The notes under the pieces were generated by a model. The model was given only the letters and a program-made list of their open reading frames with translations, did no database searches and was not told where the DNA came from. A stretch of 64,000 bases of DNA from an uncultured Gemmatimonadaceae bacterium. Its GTDB lineage: Bacteria; Gemmatimonadota; Gemmatimonadetes; Gemmatimonadales; Gemmatimonadaceae. This document shows, piece by piece, positions 21,219 to 31,241 of the stretch (position 1 is its first letter; every line of letters begins with the position of its first letter). The stretch spans positions 576,001 to 640,000 of the forward strand of contig CAWBOC010000005.1 of assembly GCA_963790305.1 (NCBI GenBank), read 5' to 3'. A program made the translations under genes and the position numbers.

Positions 21219-21230
21219 TCGGGGAACGTC

Positions 21231-23063
21231 ATGCGCAAGAGCATAGCGGCAGGGCTCATTCTTGGCGTTACGGCGCTCGCGTGCCGTGGCGAAGCTGATC
21301 GGCAGGCACGCAGCGACAGCGCGCGAGCGCGGACCGCAACGGTAGCTGGCGGGCGAATCGCGGCCGCGCGTACGGGACCAGCGGGCGAGTGGGGCATGCC
21401 GGCCGGGGACTACGCGAACTCCCGCTACAGCGAGCTATCGCAGATCACTGTCGCGAACGCGAAAGACCTGCGCGTGGCGTGGGCCTTCTCGACTGGAACG
21501 CTGCGCGGCCACGAAGGGCAACCACTCGTCATCGACAACACGATGTACGTGGTCACTCCCTTCCCGAACGTCGCGTACGCATTCGATCTCACGCAGGCGG
21601 GACAGCCGCTCAAATGGAAGTTCCGGCCGCGCAACTCACAGGCGGCCATCGGCCAGGCGTGCTGCAATGTCGTGAACCGCGGAGCAGCGTACGCCGACGG
21701 CAGGCTCTTCTACAATCTCCTCGAAGGCACCACCGTCGCCGTAAACGTTCGAGACGGCACACAAGCGTGGCGCACTCGCGTCGCGAACCTGGAGCGCGGC
21801 GAGACGATCACGATGGCACCCATCGTGGTGAAGAATCACGTGCTCGTCGGCAACAGCGGCGGGGAGCTCGGCGTGCGCGGATGGATCGCGGCGCTCGACA
21901 CGCGGACGGGAAAGGAAGTCTGGCGCGCGTACAGCGCGGGGCCCGATCGCGACGTGAAGATCGGACCCCGCTTCAAGCCATTCTACGCCCACGACCGAGG
22001 CACGAACCTCGGCGTCTCCACCTGGCCGGCGGACGCATGGAAAACCGGCGCCGGTGCCGTGTGGGGATGGCTGTCGTACGACCCGGAGCTCAATCTCGTG
22101 TACCACGGCACCAGTAACCCGGGACCGTGGAACGCCGAACAGCGTCCGGGCGACAACAAGTGGACGTGCGCGATCCTCGCGCGCGATGCCGATACGGGCG
22201 AGCTCGTGTGGGCGTTCCAGGTGACGCCGCACGACATGTGGGACTACGACGCGGTCAACGAGAACATCCTCGTCGACCTTCCCATCGAGGGCACGCTGCG
22301 AAAGGTGCTCGTCCACTTCGATCGGAACGGCTTCGCGTACGTCCTCGACCGGGCGACCGGCGAAGCGCTCATGGCCCACCCCTTCGTGCCAATGAACTGG
22401 TCGACGGGAGTAGACCTAACGACTGGCCGCCCGACGGTGGTCCCGGCAAAGGCCACCGCGCAGGGGAAGAAGGTGACGAACATCTGTCCGAGCCTCGAGG
22501 GCGGGAAGAACCAGCAGCCCGCGGCGTTTTCCCCCAAGACCGGCCTGTTCTACGTCCCAACGATCAATCTGTGCATGGACTTCGAGGCCCGCCCGGCCAC
22601 CTACATTCCCGGGACACCGTACATCGGCGCGAGCGCGCCGGAATACGCTGGACCGGACGGCTACCGTGGCGAGTTCATGGCATTCGACGTCACCACCGGT
22701 CGCAAGGCGTGGGGGATCCGTGAGCCATACCCGGTGTGGGGCGGTGCGCTCGCGACGGCGGGCGACGTCGTGTTCTACGGCACCCTCGACGGGTGGTTCA
22801 AGGCCGTCGATGCGCACACCGGTGACGTTCTGTGGCGGTTCAAGCTGGGCTCTGGTGTCGTCGGGAATCCCGTGACGTATCTGGGTCCGGACGGCAAGCA
22901 GTACGTCGCCATCTACTCCGGGCTCGGTGGCGACATGGGCGTGCTCATCGCCGGGGATGTTTCCGCGAACCTCCCCCACGATGTGCGCGTGCGCGGCACG
23001 ACCCTTCCCGACATTGGGCGGTGGACGAGCTGGGGCGGGGTGCTGTTCGTATTCTCGTTGTAG
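21231..23063 (+). CDS. PQQ-dependent methanol/ethanol-family dehydrogenase, XoxF-like
   Basis: FSTGTLRGHEG, CC-x-VVNRG, SGGELGVRG, NPGPWN, WDYDAVNE. Confidence 0.9.
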   Translation: MRKSIAAGLILGVTALACRGEADRQARSDSARARTATVAGGRIAAARTGPAGEWGMPAGDYANSRYSELSQITVANAKDLRVAWAFSTGTLRGHEGQPLVIDNTMYVVTPFPNVAYAFDLTQAGQPLKWKFRPRNSQAAIGQACCNVVNRGAAYADGRLFYNLLEGTTVAVNVRDGTQAWRTRVANLERGETITMAPIVVKNHVLVGNSGGELGVRGWIAALDTRTGKEVWRAYSAGPDRDVKIGPRFKPFYAHDRGTNLGVSTWPADAWKTGAGAVWGWLSYDPELNLVYHGTSNPGPWNAEQRPGDNKWTCAILARDADTGELVWAFQVTPHDMWDYDAVNENILVDLPIEGTLRKVLVHFDRNGFAYVLDRATGEALMAHPFVPMNWSTGVDLTTGRPTVVPAKATAQGKKVTNICPSLEGGKNQQPAAFSPKTGLFYVPTINLCMDFEARPATYIPGTPYIGASAPEYAGPDGYRGEFMAFDVTTGRKAWGIREPYPVWGGALATAGDVVFYGTLDGWFKAVDAHTGDVLWRFKLGSGVVGNPVTYLGPDGKQYVAIYSGLGGDMGVLIAGDVSANLPHDVRVRGTTLPDIGRWTSWGGVLFVFSL

Positions 23064-23072
23064 GAGGGGAGC

Positions 23073-23567
23073 ATGTCGAGACTCTGGTATTTGTTGCCGT
23101 GCCTAACGGTCGTTGGAGCGGCGGTGGCGGCGACGAATGGCGTCCAGGCGAATGCGCAGGTGGTTGCCGACACGCTACGTTTCGTCGCTCACGAGGAGTA
23201 TATCCCGGTGGGGTTGCCGTCCCGGGCCAGGCCATTGGCGCTGACAAATCCGTTCGACGGGAACCGCGAGGCGATCGCGACCGGAGCGCGCATCTTCGTC
23301 GCGTACAATTGCGTGGACTGTCACGGCGCCGACGGCTCCGGCGCAATGGGGCCGAGCTTCCAGGACGGCCGTTGGCGCTTCGGCGGTTCGGCGGGAGAGG
23401 TCTTCGAGTCGATCTACCAGGGCCGGCCCGAAGGCATGCCCGCCTGGGGCGGGCGAATATCGGAAGAGCAGATCTGGATGCTTGTCGCCTATATTCGCAC
23501 CCTCACGGCGGGTGACCTGACGACGGAGAACTTCAGCGGGGCCGCGCAGGAGCGAATGGGACACTGA
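23073..23567 (+). CDS. cytochrome c, probable partner of the PQQ dehydrogenase
   Basis: CVDCH heme motif, GMPAWG, signal peptide. Confidence 0.88.
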   Translation: MSRLWYLLPCLTVVGAAVAATNGVQANAQVVADTLRFVAHEEYIPVGLPSRARPLALTNPFDGNREAIATGARIFVAYNCVDCHGADGSGAMGPSFQDGRWRFGGSAGEVFESIYQGRPEGMPAWGGRISEEQIWMLVAYIRTLTAGDLTTENFSGAAQERMGH

Positions 23568-23609
23568 GGGTGATTCGCCAGTCGCCTTACATCAATCAAC
23601 AACGACCTC

Positions 23610-24077
23610 GTGACTGATCCTACCGATCCCGCGTCGCGGCCCTGGTCCGCGGCGCCGAGCGCCAAAGCACGGAACGCGGTTCAGCGCTCCGTGACGGCGC
23701 TGCTGGATGAGCTGGCGCCGGAACGCGTTCTCACGCGTGGCGAGCGGATCCGCCTGCCCGTCGAGCAGCACCGGACGCCTTCGGGCTGCGTGCTACAGGC
23801 GGCGACGGCCGCGGTGAGCGTCTCCTGGTTTCCGGAGGCGTCCCCGGATGCCACGCTCGGTGAGCTGCGGGTCATCGTCTGGCGCGGCACCGTCTCTCGC
23901 CGCGGCTCAAAGCGAGAGAGCGCGACGATGGTGCGAGAGATCGTACTGCACCCCATCGAGCGGCCATTGGAAGACTGCCTGTGGCGCGCGACGGATGGCG
24001 CCGAATACGATACGGCGGCCCTCGCCGCCTACTGCATTGCCTTGCTGGAGGACCAGGTGCGCGCCGACAATGGCTGA
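23610..24077 (+). CDS. hypothetical protein
   Basis: Fills the gap, protein-like composition. Confidence 0.65.
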   Translation: MTDPTDPASRPWSAAPSAKARNAVQRSVTALLDELAPERVLTRGERIRLPVEQHRTPSGCVLQAATAAVSVSWFPEASPDATLGELRVIVWRGTVSRRGSKRESATMVREIVLHPIERPLEDCLWRATDGAEYDTAALAAYCIALLEDQVRADNG

Positions 24078-24297
24078 GTTCACCCCTCGAGATCGCGCGG
24101 TCGGCCAGTGGGTGCTGGCGGTGATGTTCACCATCGCCGCCGTCGCCGCGGCCCTCTGGAGCTGGCGGCTGATTCGCGCCGAGGGACTGACCGTGCGGTC
24201 GGCGATCTGGGTGCTCGCGCTGCTCGGTTTCATCTCACTCGCCTGGCGAAGCGCACGCGCTGCCAGCCTCGCTGGTCGAGGAGCACCGCCGCCCTAA
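24070..24297 (+). CDS. small 2-TM membrane protein
   Basis: MAEFTPRD... with two hydrophobic helices; overlaps the upstream stop. Confidence 0.6.
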   Translation: MAEFTPRDRAVGQWVLAVMFTIAAVAAALWSWRLIRAEGLTVRSAIWVLALLGFISLAWRSARAASLAGRGAPPP

Positions 24298-24309
24298 CGA
24301 GGGAACGGG

Positions 24310-25644
24310 TCAGGGCTCGGCCGACGCCGCGATCCTGCGAACGAGCTCGCTGGCGGGGTCGGCGCCGCGGCGGATGTCGATTGCCGCCGGAGCGCCAATG
24401 CGCAGCCACACGCCACCGTTTCCGGCGGTGAGGGCCGCCGGTTGGGGATGCAGAAAGAGCCCCGACACGTCGATCGTGTCGATGGCCACCACCTCACGCA
24501 GATCTCCGACATCGCGCACCCGCGGGCCTGCGCGAGCCAGCGCATCGTCATAGGTGAGAGCGACGTCGGCCCGTAGCGGCGACATCCGTGGGAGCACCAG
24601 CTGTCCGCCTCGAAGGAGCACGTCACTCGCCCCGCCGCGGTTGCCAGGGAGTGATTCGTATGCGTCCGGGTCAGCGTTCGCGTAGCTCCCGGTCGCGATC
24701 GCATCGAGAGCCGCGAGCAACCCGGCGACGTTCAGGCTCCGCAGCCGCTGCTTCTCGGGATCGTCAGGCAGCGCCCCGCTCTCGATGAGCACCGTGCTCG
24801 TTCCCCACTGCTGCATGAGGTCGCCGAACGCGCGCGGGTTGAAGGTGTCGTCGTATCGCGCGATGCGCCCGGGAATCTCTGCGCCGAGCGTTCGCGCGAT
24901 CACCGCGGCCACGAGCCGGGCGCGCGAGCGTACCTCGTTGTAGCTCCGATCATCGGAAAATGGCGGAGCGAGCAGCGCGATCCCGACCTGCCGGCCCCGC
25001 GGTCCCGCCAGCACCCGCGCTCCCTGATCGTGCAGGTTGAATCCAAAGTCCGGTCGAATGCGATCACGCAGGCTCTTGAGCGTTCTGGCCTCTGGCGTTG
25101 CCAGCTGTCGCGCATCGCGGTTGATGTCGATGCCAGCGGCGTTCTCGCGCTCAAAGACCTCGGCCCCATCGGGATTGAGCATCGGGACGAAGATGATCGT
25201 CACGCGCTCCCGCAGTCGCTCGCGGAGAGGGTCGTTCGTCGCCTCGGCGAGGAATCGAAAGATGTCGGCAAGCGCCATCGTCGCGGTGGCCTCGTCGCCG
25301 TGCATCTGCGACCAGAGGAGCACGGTGACCGGGCCTGCGCCGAAGGTGACCGACCGGATTGGACGTCCCTGAAGCGACCGCCCAATCTCGTCGATGCGGA
25401 GTGAGCCCGAGGAGATGGAGGGTTGGATGGCCTGCCAATACGTCTCGTGAGTGAAGCGCCGACTGGTGATCGCGGCGACGCGAAACTGCTCGGCAATGCG
25501 TAGTCCGTGGGCGACCGGGAGGGAAACGGTCGCGGATGGCGCGCTACCGTTGGTGCCCGGTGCGGCGCTGGTCGCGCAAGCGGCGAGCAAGGCGGCGGCG
25601 AGCGCGGTCTGGGCTCGGGCTCGGAGAGATTGAATTCTTTTCAC
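24310..25644 (-). CDS. M14 family zinc carboxypeptidase (lipoprotein)
   Basis: SQMHGDE, PMLNPDG, DINRD, FNLHDQ; LLAAC lipobox. Confidence 0.9.
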   Translation of the reverse strand: MKRIQSLRARAQTALAAALLAACATSAAPGTNGSAPSATVSLPVAHGLRIAEQFRVAAITSRRFTHETYWQAIQPSISSGSLRIDEIGRSLQGRPIRSVTFGAGPVTVLLWSQMHGDEATATMALADIFRFLAEATNDPLRERLRERVTIIFVPMLNPDGAEVFERENAAGIDINRDARQLATPEARTLKSLRDRIRPDFGFNLHDQGARVLAGPRGRQVGIALLAPPFSDDRSYNEVRSRARLVAAVIARTLGAEIPGRIARYDDTFNPRAFGDLMQQWGTSTVLIESGALPDDPEKQRLRSLNVAGLLAALDAIATGSYANADPDAYESLPGNRGGASDVLLRGGQLVLPRMSPLRADVALTYDDALARAGPRVRDVGDLREVVAIDTIDVSGLFLHPQPAALTAGNGGVWLRIGAPAAIDIRRGADPASELVRRIAASAEP

Positions 25645-25782
25645 GGAGGAGAGGTGACGACCTCATAAGAGTGCGCCCCGCCAAGCGGTTACACCAGAAG
25701 CGGCGACCGTATCCCCGCCGTGGGCTCACGCGTCTTCTTCCGAGGCGGATTCGCCACCTCCTCGCCACCCATTCGCTCGTAA

Positions 25783-27219
25783 ATGTCAGTCTGCGATCAC
25801 TGCGCAACCGAGCTTCCGGACGCCGCACGCTTCTGCTTCGTCTGCGGGCAGGACGTCGTTCCGACGGCCGCGGCGGCGACGAAGCCGCACCTCGAAGCCG
25901 ATGCGATCGGCAAGCTCAAGGCGCGCTTGGCGAAAAGCCTGGACGGTCGATACCAGCTGCGTGAGCTCCTTGGCGCCGGTGGCATGGGGGTCGTGTTCCT
26001 CGCCGAGGACCTCAGCCTCGGCAGGTCCGTAGCGATCAAGGTGCTCCCGACGGAGCTCTCGAGCGACAGGAACATTGTGGCGCGCTTCCGGCGGGAGGCG
26101 AAGACCGCCGCCAGCCTCGACCATCCCGGGATCATCCCCGTGCTGTCGGTCGAGAGCGACCAGGAGTTGCACTACTTCGTCATGAAGTACGTTGCCGGGC
26201 AAACGCTCGAAGCGACGCTGCGTGACGGGCCGCTTCCCATCCCGCTGGCGGTTCAGGTGCTGCGCGAAGCCGCGGCTGCACTCGGCTACGCCCACCGGCG
26301 TGGAGTCGTCCATCGCAATGTGAAGCCGGCGAACATCATGCTCGAGGACGACCGCGTCATCGTCACCGACTTCGGCATCTCGAAGGTCGAGGCGACCTCG
26401 TCGAGCAGTGCGACGACCGCCGCGCGATTGACCGACCTCGGTACGGTCGTCGGCACCCCCGCATACATGGCACCCGAGCAGGCGATCGGTCAGCCCGTCG
26501 ATGGCCGCACCGACCAATACGCGCTGGGCGTCGTCGGCTTCGAGATGCTGGCCGGGAAGGTTCCGTTCGATGACCTGACGCCGCACGCGATCATTCAGCG
26601 TCACATCAACAATCTGCCCCCCGATCTGGGGACGCTGCGGCCCGATGCACCGCGACATGTCCTGGGGGCGATCTCGCGCGCTCTGTCGAAGGCGCCGTCC
26701 AATCGATTCCCGACAATGGAGGAGCTCGCGGCGGCGCTCGCCGGCGCCGGATCTCGCGGGACGGCGAACCTCGAGTTCTCGGTGCCGGTCGCGAACATGA
26801 CAGAGACGACGCCGCGAGTCGTGACCGCGTCGAAAGGCAGCCGGCTCGGGCGCTGGGCGGCAGTCGTCGTGTTGTTGCTCGCTGGTATCGGCGGTGCCGC
26901 GGCGTGGGCCCGCGGTGCGCGCGATACGCCAGCGCGGGCGGCGGAGGTCAGCGCGCCCGCGCGCCCGAGCACGACGGAGCGGTCGGCCCGTCGCCGCTCA
27001 GTCTCGTTCACCGTCGACGCGAAGCCGCGCGCCACGATCTACATCAACGACGTGCGCGTCGGGGAAACGCCGCTGTCCGGGCACAGGCTGCTCGTCGGCC
27101 GCGAGTATCACATTCGCGCCGTACGCGACGGCTACCGCACGAAGCGCGAGACGATCACGACCACGGGAACGGCGCCCGTCCGGCGCAGCTACGTACTGGA
27201 GCGCGCGAGGCGCCGTTAG
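25783..27219 (+). CDS. Ser/Thr protein kinase with zinc ribbon, TM helix and PEGA-like domain
   Basis: CxxC..CxxC, GAGGMGVV, VAIK, HRNVKPAN (HRD expected), DFG, GTPAYMAPEQ. Confidence 0.9.
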   Translation: MSVCDHCATELPDAARFCFVCGQDVVPTAAAATKPHLEADAIGKLKARLAKSLDGRYQLRELLGAGGMGVVFLAEDLSLGRSVAIKVLPTELSSDRNIVARFRREAKTAASLDHPGIIPVLSVESDQELHYFVMKYVAGQTLEATLRDGPLPIPLAVQVLREAAAALGYAHRRGVVHRNVKPANIMLEDDRVIVTDFGISKVEATSSSSATTAARLTDLGTVVGTPAYMAPEQAIGQPVDGRTDQYALGVVGFEMLAGKVPFDDLTPHAIIQRHINNLPPDLGTLRPDAPRHVLGAISRALSKAPSNRFPTMEELAAALAGAGSRGTANLEFSVPVANMTETTPRVVTASKGSRLGRWAAVVVLLLAGIGGAAAWARGARDTPARAAEVSAPARPSTTERSARRRSVSFTVDAKPRATIYINDVRVGETPLSGHRLLVGREYHIRAVRDGYRTKRETITTTGTAPVRRSYVLERARRR

Positions 27220-27965
27220 GCGATCTGCAGGCCAAGGTGGAACGTCCCCGCGTAGCCCTGGCCAGCTTCCGCGACGCTCAGCATCAACTGGTCGCCATTG
27301 CGCCGGAAGATACCGTCGCCCTCGTTGCGTACGGTCCGCTGCCCCTTACTCACGTACGGCTCCCGCGCGTGCACGCGGTCGGTGAGCGCATCATCGAAGT
27401 AGAGCTGTGACGTGAACTCGTGGCCCCGCGCCGCGGCGGGCTCTGTCCGCACCTTGAAGTGCGTGTGGACGGTTCTCCCGCGGTACCATCCTGGATAGAT
27501 CGTGGTGAACCGCGCCGTTCCGGTGGCGTCGGTCAGCTGATAGCCGCGGAGAAAGAGCTGACCCATCGTGTCGAAGGATGGATCACGTACGCCGGAGTAC
27601 ACGCCGTCGGCGTCGCATTGCCAGAGATCGACGCGGGCGCCCGAGAGCGGCGTGCACGCGCCGCCGTTCCCAATGCGGGACACAACGATCGCGATCTCGA
27701 GTGGAGCGCCCGCCTTGGTCGCGCCGCTCTGGGGATCGGATCGAATGTCGGAGCGATCGAGGCGGCCATCCACGAAGTACGGGCCCTCGGTCTGCTCAGG
27801 GCGAACGACGCATGACGGCAGCGCGCCGGCTGACGCCATGCCTCCTTCGGCCACCTCGCGAGATGGCCTGCATCCGGCGAGTGCCGCGAGACCGGAGGCA
27901 CCGAGCAGCGCGAGAATCTCGCGGCGCGAGAGCAGCCTGCCGACCTGGACGTCGTCGCGATCCAT
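27216..27965 (-). CDS. Tat-exported intradiol ring-cleavage dioxygenase-like protein
   Basis: SRREIL Tat motif, TEGPYF, WQCDADGVYS, PGWYRGRTVH. Confidence 0.88.
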   Translation of the reverse strand: MDRDDVQVGRLLSRREILALLGASGLAALAGCRPSREVAEGGMASAGALPSCVVRPEQTEGPYFVDGRLDRSDIRSDPQSGATKAGAPLEIAIVVSRIGNGGACTPLSGARVDLWQCDADGVYSGVRDPSFDTMGQLFLRGYQLTDATGTARFTTIYPGWYRGRTVHTHFKVRTEPAAARGHEFTSQLYFDDALTDRVHAREPYVSKGQRTVRNEGDGIFRRNGDQLMLSVAEAGQGYAGTFHLGLQIA

Positions 27966-28025
27966 ATTCCTCCTGGCAAAGGCAACCGTTCGTGCTCAAA
28001 CTGTGGGCCTCGCCCCGAATACGCC

Positions 28026-29369
28026 ATGCCAGCCCTGCGCCGCCCGCCCGGCCCCAAAGGCCACTTCCTCCTCGGCAACCTTCCGGAGCTGGGGACCGAC
28101 ATCCTCGGACTCTTCGCATCCTGCGCGCGTGATCATGGGGAGGTCGCCTTCCTGAGCCTCGCAGGATGGCCGGCGTTCGTGCTCAGCAATCCGGAGCACA
28201 TTGAGCAGGTGCTGGTGACTGATCACAAGAACTTCATCAAGCACACGTTCTTTTGGCGTCACGTCCGGGGCATTTTCGGCAACGGGCTGCTCACCAGCGA
28301 GGGCGACTTCTGGCTTCGTCAACGGCGTCTCGCACAGCCGTCGTTCCACCGGGACCGCATCGCGGCCTATGGCGACGTGATGGTGAGCTACACCGAGCAC
28401 GCGCTTGACCAATGGCGCGACGGCGACACGCTCGACGTGCATCACGAGCTCATGCGTCTCACGCTGTTGATCGTCGCGAAAGTGCTGTTCGATGCCGACG
28501 TGGCGCATGAGGTGGAAACCATTGGCGGCGCGCTCGACGATGCGACGAAGGAGATCGCCTCTCGATTTCGCCGGCCCTTCCGAATTCCCGACGCGATCCC
28601 GATTCCCGGGAATCTCCGGTACAAGCGCGCCGTTCGTCGGCTCGACGGCGTCGTCCATCGCATCATCGACGAGCATCGGGATCACGATGGGCGGGGCGAC
28701 CTGCTCGGCATGCTCATGCAGGCGCGGGATGAAGACGGCCGGGCAATGACCACCGAGCAGCTACGCGACGAGGCGATCACCATCCTTCTCGCGGGGCACG
28801 AGACCACGGCGATCGCGCTGTCGTGGGCGTGCTACCTTCTGTCGAAGCACCCGGCGGTCGCCGAGAACATCCGGACGGAGCTCACCGACGTTCTCGGCAG
28901 CAAGCGAGCGCCGACGGTCGCGGACCTGCCACGGCTGCGATTCACCGAAATGGTGGTCATGGAGGCGATGCGGCTCTATCCTCCCGCGTACGCGTTAGGC
29001 CGCGAGGCGGTCGAGGACTGTACGATCGCCGGCTATCAGGTCCCCGCCGGGACCTCGATCTTCATCAGTCCCTGGGTCGTGCATCGCGACGCGCGGTGGT
29101 TCGACCGCCCGGAGGAATTCCTCCCGGAGCGGTGGGCGGGAAATGCCGCGCAGCGGTTGCCGAGGTTTGCGTACTTCCCCTTTGGAGGGGGGCCGCGCAT
29201 CTGCATTGGGAATCGATTCGCGATGATGGAAGCGGTGCTGCTGCTCGCCTGCATCGTGCGGCGATTTCGGTTGGTGCTGGATGACGAAAAGGGCGTAGCG
29301 CTCTTTCCAACGATCACGCTACGCCCCGCTAACGGCATCAGGATGACGGTCCGCAGACGTTCAGTCTGA
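28026..29369 (+). CDS. cytochrome P450
   Basis: AGHETT, EAMRLYPP, PFGGGPRICIG. Confidence 0.96.
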   Translation: MPALRRPPGPKGHFLLGNLPELGTDILGLFASCARDHGEVAFLSLAGWPAFVLSNPEHIEQVLVTDHKNFIKHTFFWRHVRGIFGNGLLTSEGDFWLRQRRLAQPSFHRDRIAAYGDVMVSYTEHALDQWRDGDTLDVHHELMRLTLLIVAKVLFDADVAHEVETIGGALDDATKEIASRFRRPFRIPDAIPIPGNLRYKRAVRRLDGVVHRIIDEHRDHDGRGDLLGMLMQARDEDGRAMTTEQLRDEAITILLAGHETTAIALSWACYLLSKHPAVAENIRTELTDVLGSKRAPTVADLPRLRFTEMVVMEAMRLYPPAYALGREAVEDCTIAGYQVPAGTSIFISPWVVHRDARWFDRPEEFLPERWAGNAAQRLPRFAYFPFGGGPRICIGNRFAMMEAVLLLACIVRRFRLVLDDEKGVALFPTITLRPANGIRMTVRRRSV

Positions 29370-29732
29370 GCGCTTCTTCCGCGGCAAGCCGCCCCGTCCC
29401 CTGGTCGTGTTGTCCGCGCGGTGCGAGCGGCTTCCCGTGACACCGTGAAGGTTGCCGGTGTTGTCGCTCGGCCCATCCCCGGTCTTCCCGTGCTGATGAT
29501 CCTTCGCGAACCGCGTCCGCTCGCTGTTCTTTTCTCCCTCGTCGTGCTGCTGTCGGTCCTCGACGAGGCGGCGCTTGCCCTCGCGCGCCGCTCGAATCCG
29601 TTTGCGCTCGGCGACTTCTTCGACCGGCTCCGCCGGTGGGGCCTCGTGGAGCTGCTCGACGAATCGCGCGTGCGTGCGCGGCCCGTGTTGTCCCTCGGCG
29701 TGCATTGATCGCGGATCTCTACGCTTGCCCAT
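29361..29732 (-). CDS. hydrophilic hypothetical protein
   Basis: ORF with GGAGG RBS; no recognised motif. Confidence 0.5.
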   Translation of the reverse strand: MGKRRDPRSMHAEGQHGPRTHARFVEQLHEAPPAEPVEEVAERKRIRAAREGKRRLVEDRQQHDEGEKNSERTRFAKDHQHGKTGDGPSDNTGNLHGVTGSRSHRADNTTRGRGGLPRKKRSD

Positions 29733-29817
29733 GTCCACATGTCCTCCCGATTGTGCGTCAAATGTGGACGATAGCTTCAACATTGGGGCCACCGACCGCT
29801 CGAACTGGCGAATGAAG

Positions 29818-29854
29818 AAAAAGGGGCGCCGGAGAAGCGCTTGTACAGCGCCCC
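29818..29854 (-). terminator. intrinsic terminator after pfkA
   Basis: Minus strand GGGGCGCTG...CGGCGCCCC followed by TTTTT. Confidence 0.55.
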
Positions 29855-29856
29855 CG

Positions 29857-31047
29857 CTAGTCGCTCGTCATAATGAACAGCGGCGCCCCGTCGAACTCGT
29901 AGATCGGCCGCAATCGCTCGGTGTTGTAGTACTTCCTGACGTCTACCACTTTCTTCTCCGACGTTACGCTCGTGATCGGCACGCTGTCGTAGACGCCGCG
30001 GTGGATGCTGACGAGACGACCGTATTGCTTCTTCAGCACCAGCTGCAGGGCGAGATTGCCGAAGGCCATTGGCACGATCGAGTCGAGCGCGTCGGGATCG
30101 CCGGAGCGAACGAGGTAGCCGAGTCGCTGATTGACGACGTCAATGCGGCGGCCGTTGTTGTATTTCGGCGAGTACTCCTTGAGCGCCGCGGCGATCTTGT
30201 CGCCCACGCCACCGAGCTTCTTGTGACCGAACATGTCGGTCTCTTCGCTCTCGAAGCTCATCCCCTGGTGCGCGCTGAGACTCGCGCCCTCGGACACCAG
30301 CGCCACCGAATACTTGCTCGTGTGCCGGTTGTGGTCGTAGACCATGAGCTCGGTGAGCTGCTCGACGTCGGCCGCGTACTCGGGAATCAGACAGCGATCG
30401 GCCGCGCCGGCCATCGTCGGAAGGAGCGCGGTGAACCCGGCATATCGGCCAAAGACTTCGATCACCAGAAAGCGCTCATGCGATCCCGCCGACGTCCGCA
30501 GCCGGTGCGTGAGCTCGATCGTCCGGGTGACGCAGGTACTGAACCCGATGCAGTAGTCGGTACCGTAGACGTCGTTGTCCATCGTCTTCGGAATCGCGAC
30601 GACGTGTATCCCTTCGTCGTGCAGACGCTTTCCATAGCTCAGGGTGTCGTCGCCGCCGATGGGGATGAGCGCGTCCACGCCGATGTGCTCGAGGTTCTTG
30701 AGCACGTCGGGGGTGACGTCGTTGATGTCGGCGTCGTATCCGCTCATGTGCGTGGGCACTCGCTGGCGGGGCAGATGGCTGGGGCGCGTGCGCGAGGTGT
30801 GGAGGAACGTGCCGCCAGTGCGGCCAGCGCGATTCACGATCGCCTCGGAGAGCTCCTGCACGCTCTCGCTGTTGTCCACGCCTTTCTCGCGATTGTAATC
30901 GACAAGGCCCGCCCAACCGCGGCGAATGCCGACGACGCGGTATCCTTCGCGGAGCGCGCGGATGGTGATCGCCCGAATCGCGGGGTTCAGACCGGGGACG
31001 TCACCGCCGCCGGTCAGGATGGCGATAGTGCCTTTGGCGGGAGGCAT
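29857..31047 (-). CDS. pfkA: 6-phosphofructokinase
   Basis: LTGGGDVPGLN, GGTFLHTSR, IGGDDTL, PKTMDND; GGDD may indicate a PPi/ATP mixed clade. Confidence 0.94.
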   Translation of the reverse strand: MPPAKGTIAILTGGGDVPGLNPAIRAITIRALREGYRVVGIRRGWAGLVDYNREKGVDNSESVQELSEAIVNRAGRTGGTFLHTSRTRPSHLPRQRVPTHMSGYDADINDVTPDVLKNLEHIGVDALIPIGGDDTLSYGKRLHDEGIHVVAIPKTMDNDVYGTDYCIGFSTCVTRTIELTHRLRTSAGSHERFLVIEVFGRYAGFTALLPTMAGAADRCLIPEYAADVEQLTELMVYDHNRHTSKYSVALVSEGASLSAHQGMSFESEETDMFGHKKLGGVGDKIAAALKEYSPKYNNGRRIDVVNQRLGYLVRSGDPDALDSIVPMAFGNLALQLVLKKQYGRLVSIHRGVYDSVPITSVTSEKKVVDVRKYYNTERLRPIYEFDGAPLFIMTSD

Positions 31048-31060
31048 GGGAGCTAAAAAA

Positions 31061-31240
31061 GGCGCTAAGGGCGCTGGGGGCGCTAGGGGCGCTGAAGGAG
31101 GGATCAGGAGTCAGGAGTCAGGGATCAGGGGTGGAAAGGGGCCGCCGCGCTTCGCGCGGGCGGCCCTCATCAGATGAGCGCGGCAGCTGGGCTGCCGCGC
31201 CTTTCCATCCCTGACTCCTGATCCCTGACTCCTGACCCCT
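31061..31240. repeat. 9-mer tandem (GGCGCTRRR x4) plus a palindromic element built from TCAGGAG/CTCCTGA heptamers
   Basis: GGATCAGGAGTCAGGAGTCAGGGATCAGG ... CCCTGACTCCTGATCCCTGACTCCTGACCC with internal GC hairpins. Confidence 0.85.
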
Positions 31241-31241
31241 A

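Noticed and set aside
29575..31056. 493-aa plus-strand ORF
   Set aside because: Antisense shadow of pfkA with no motifs
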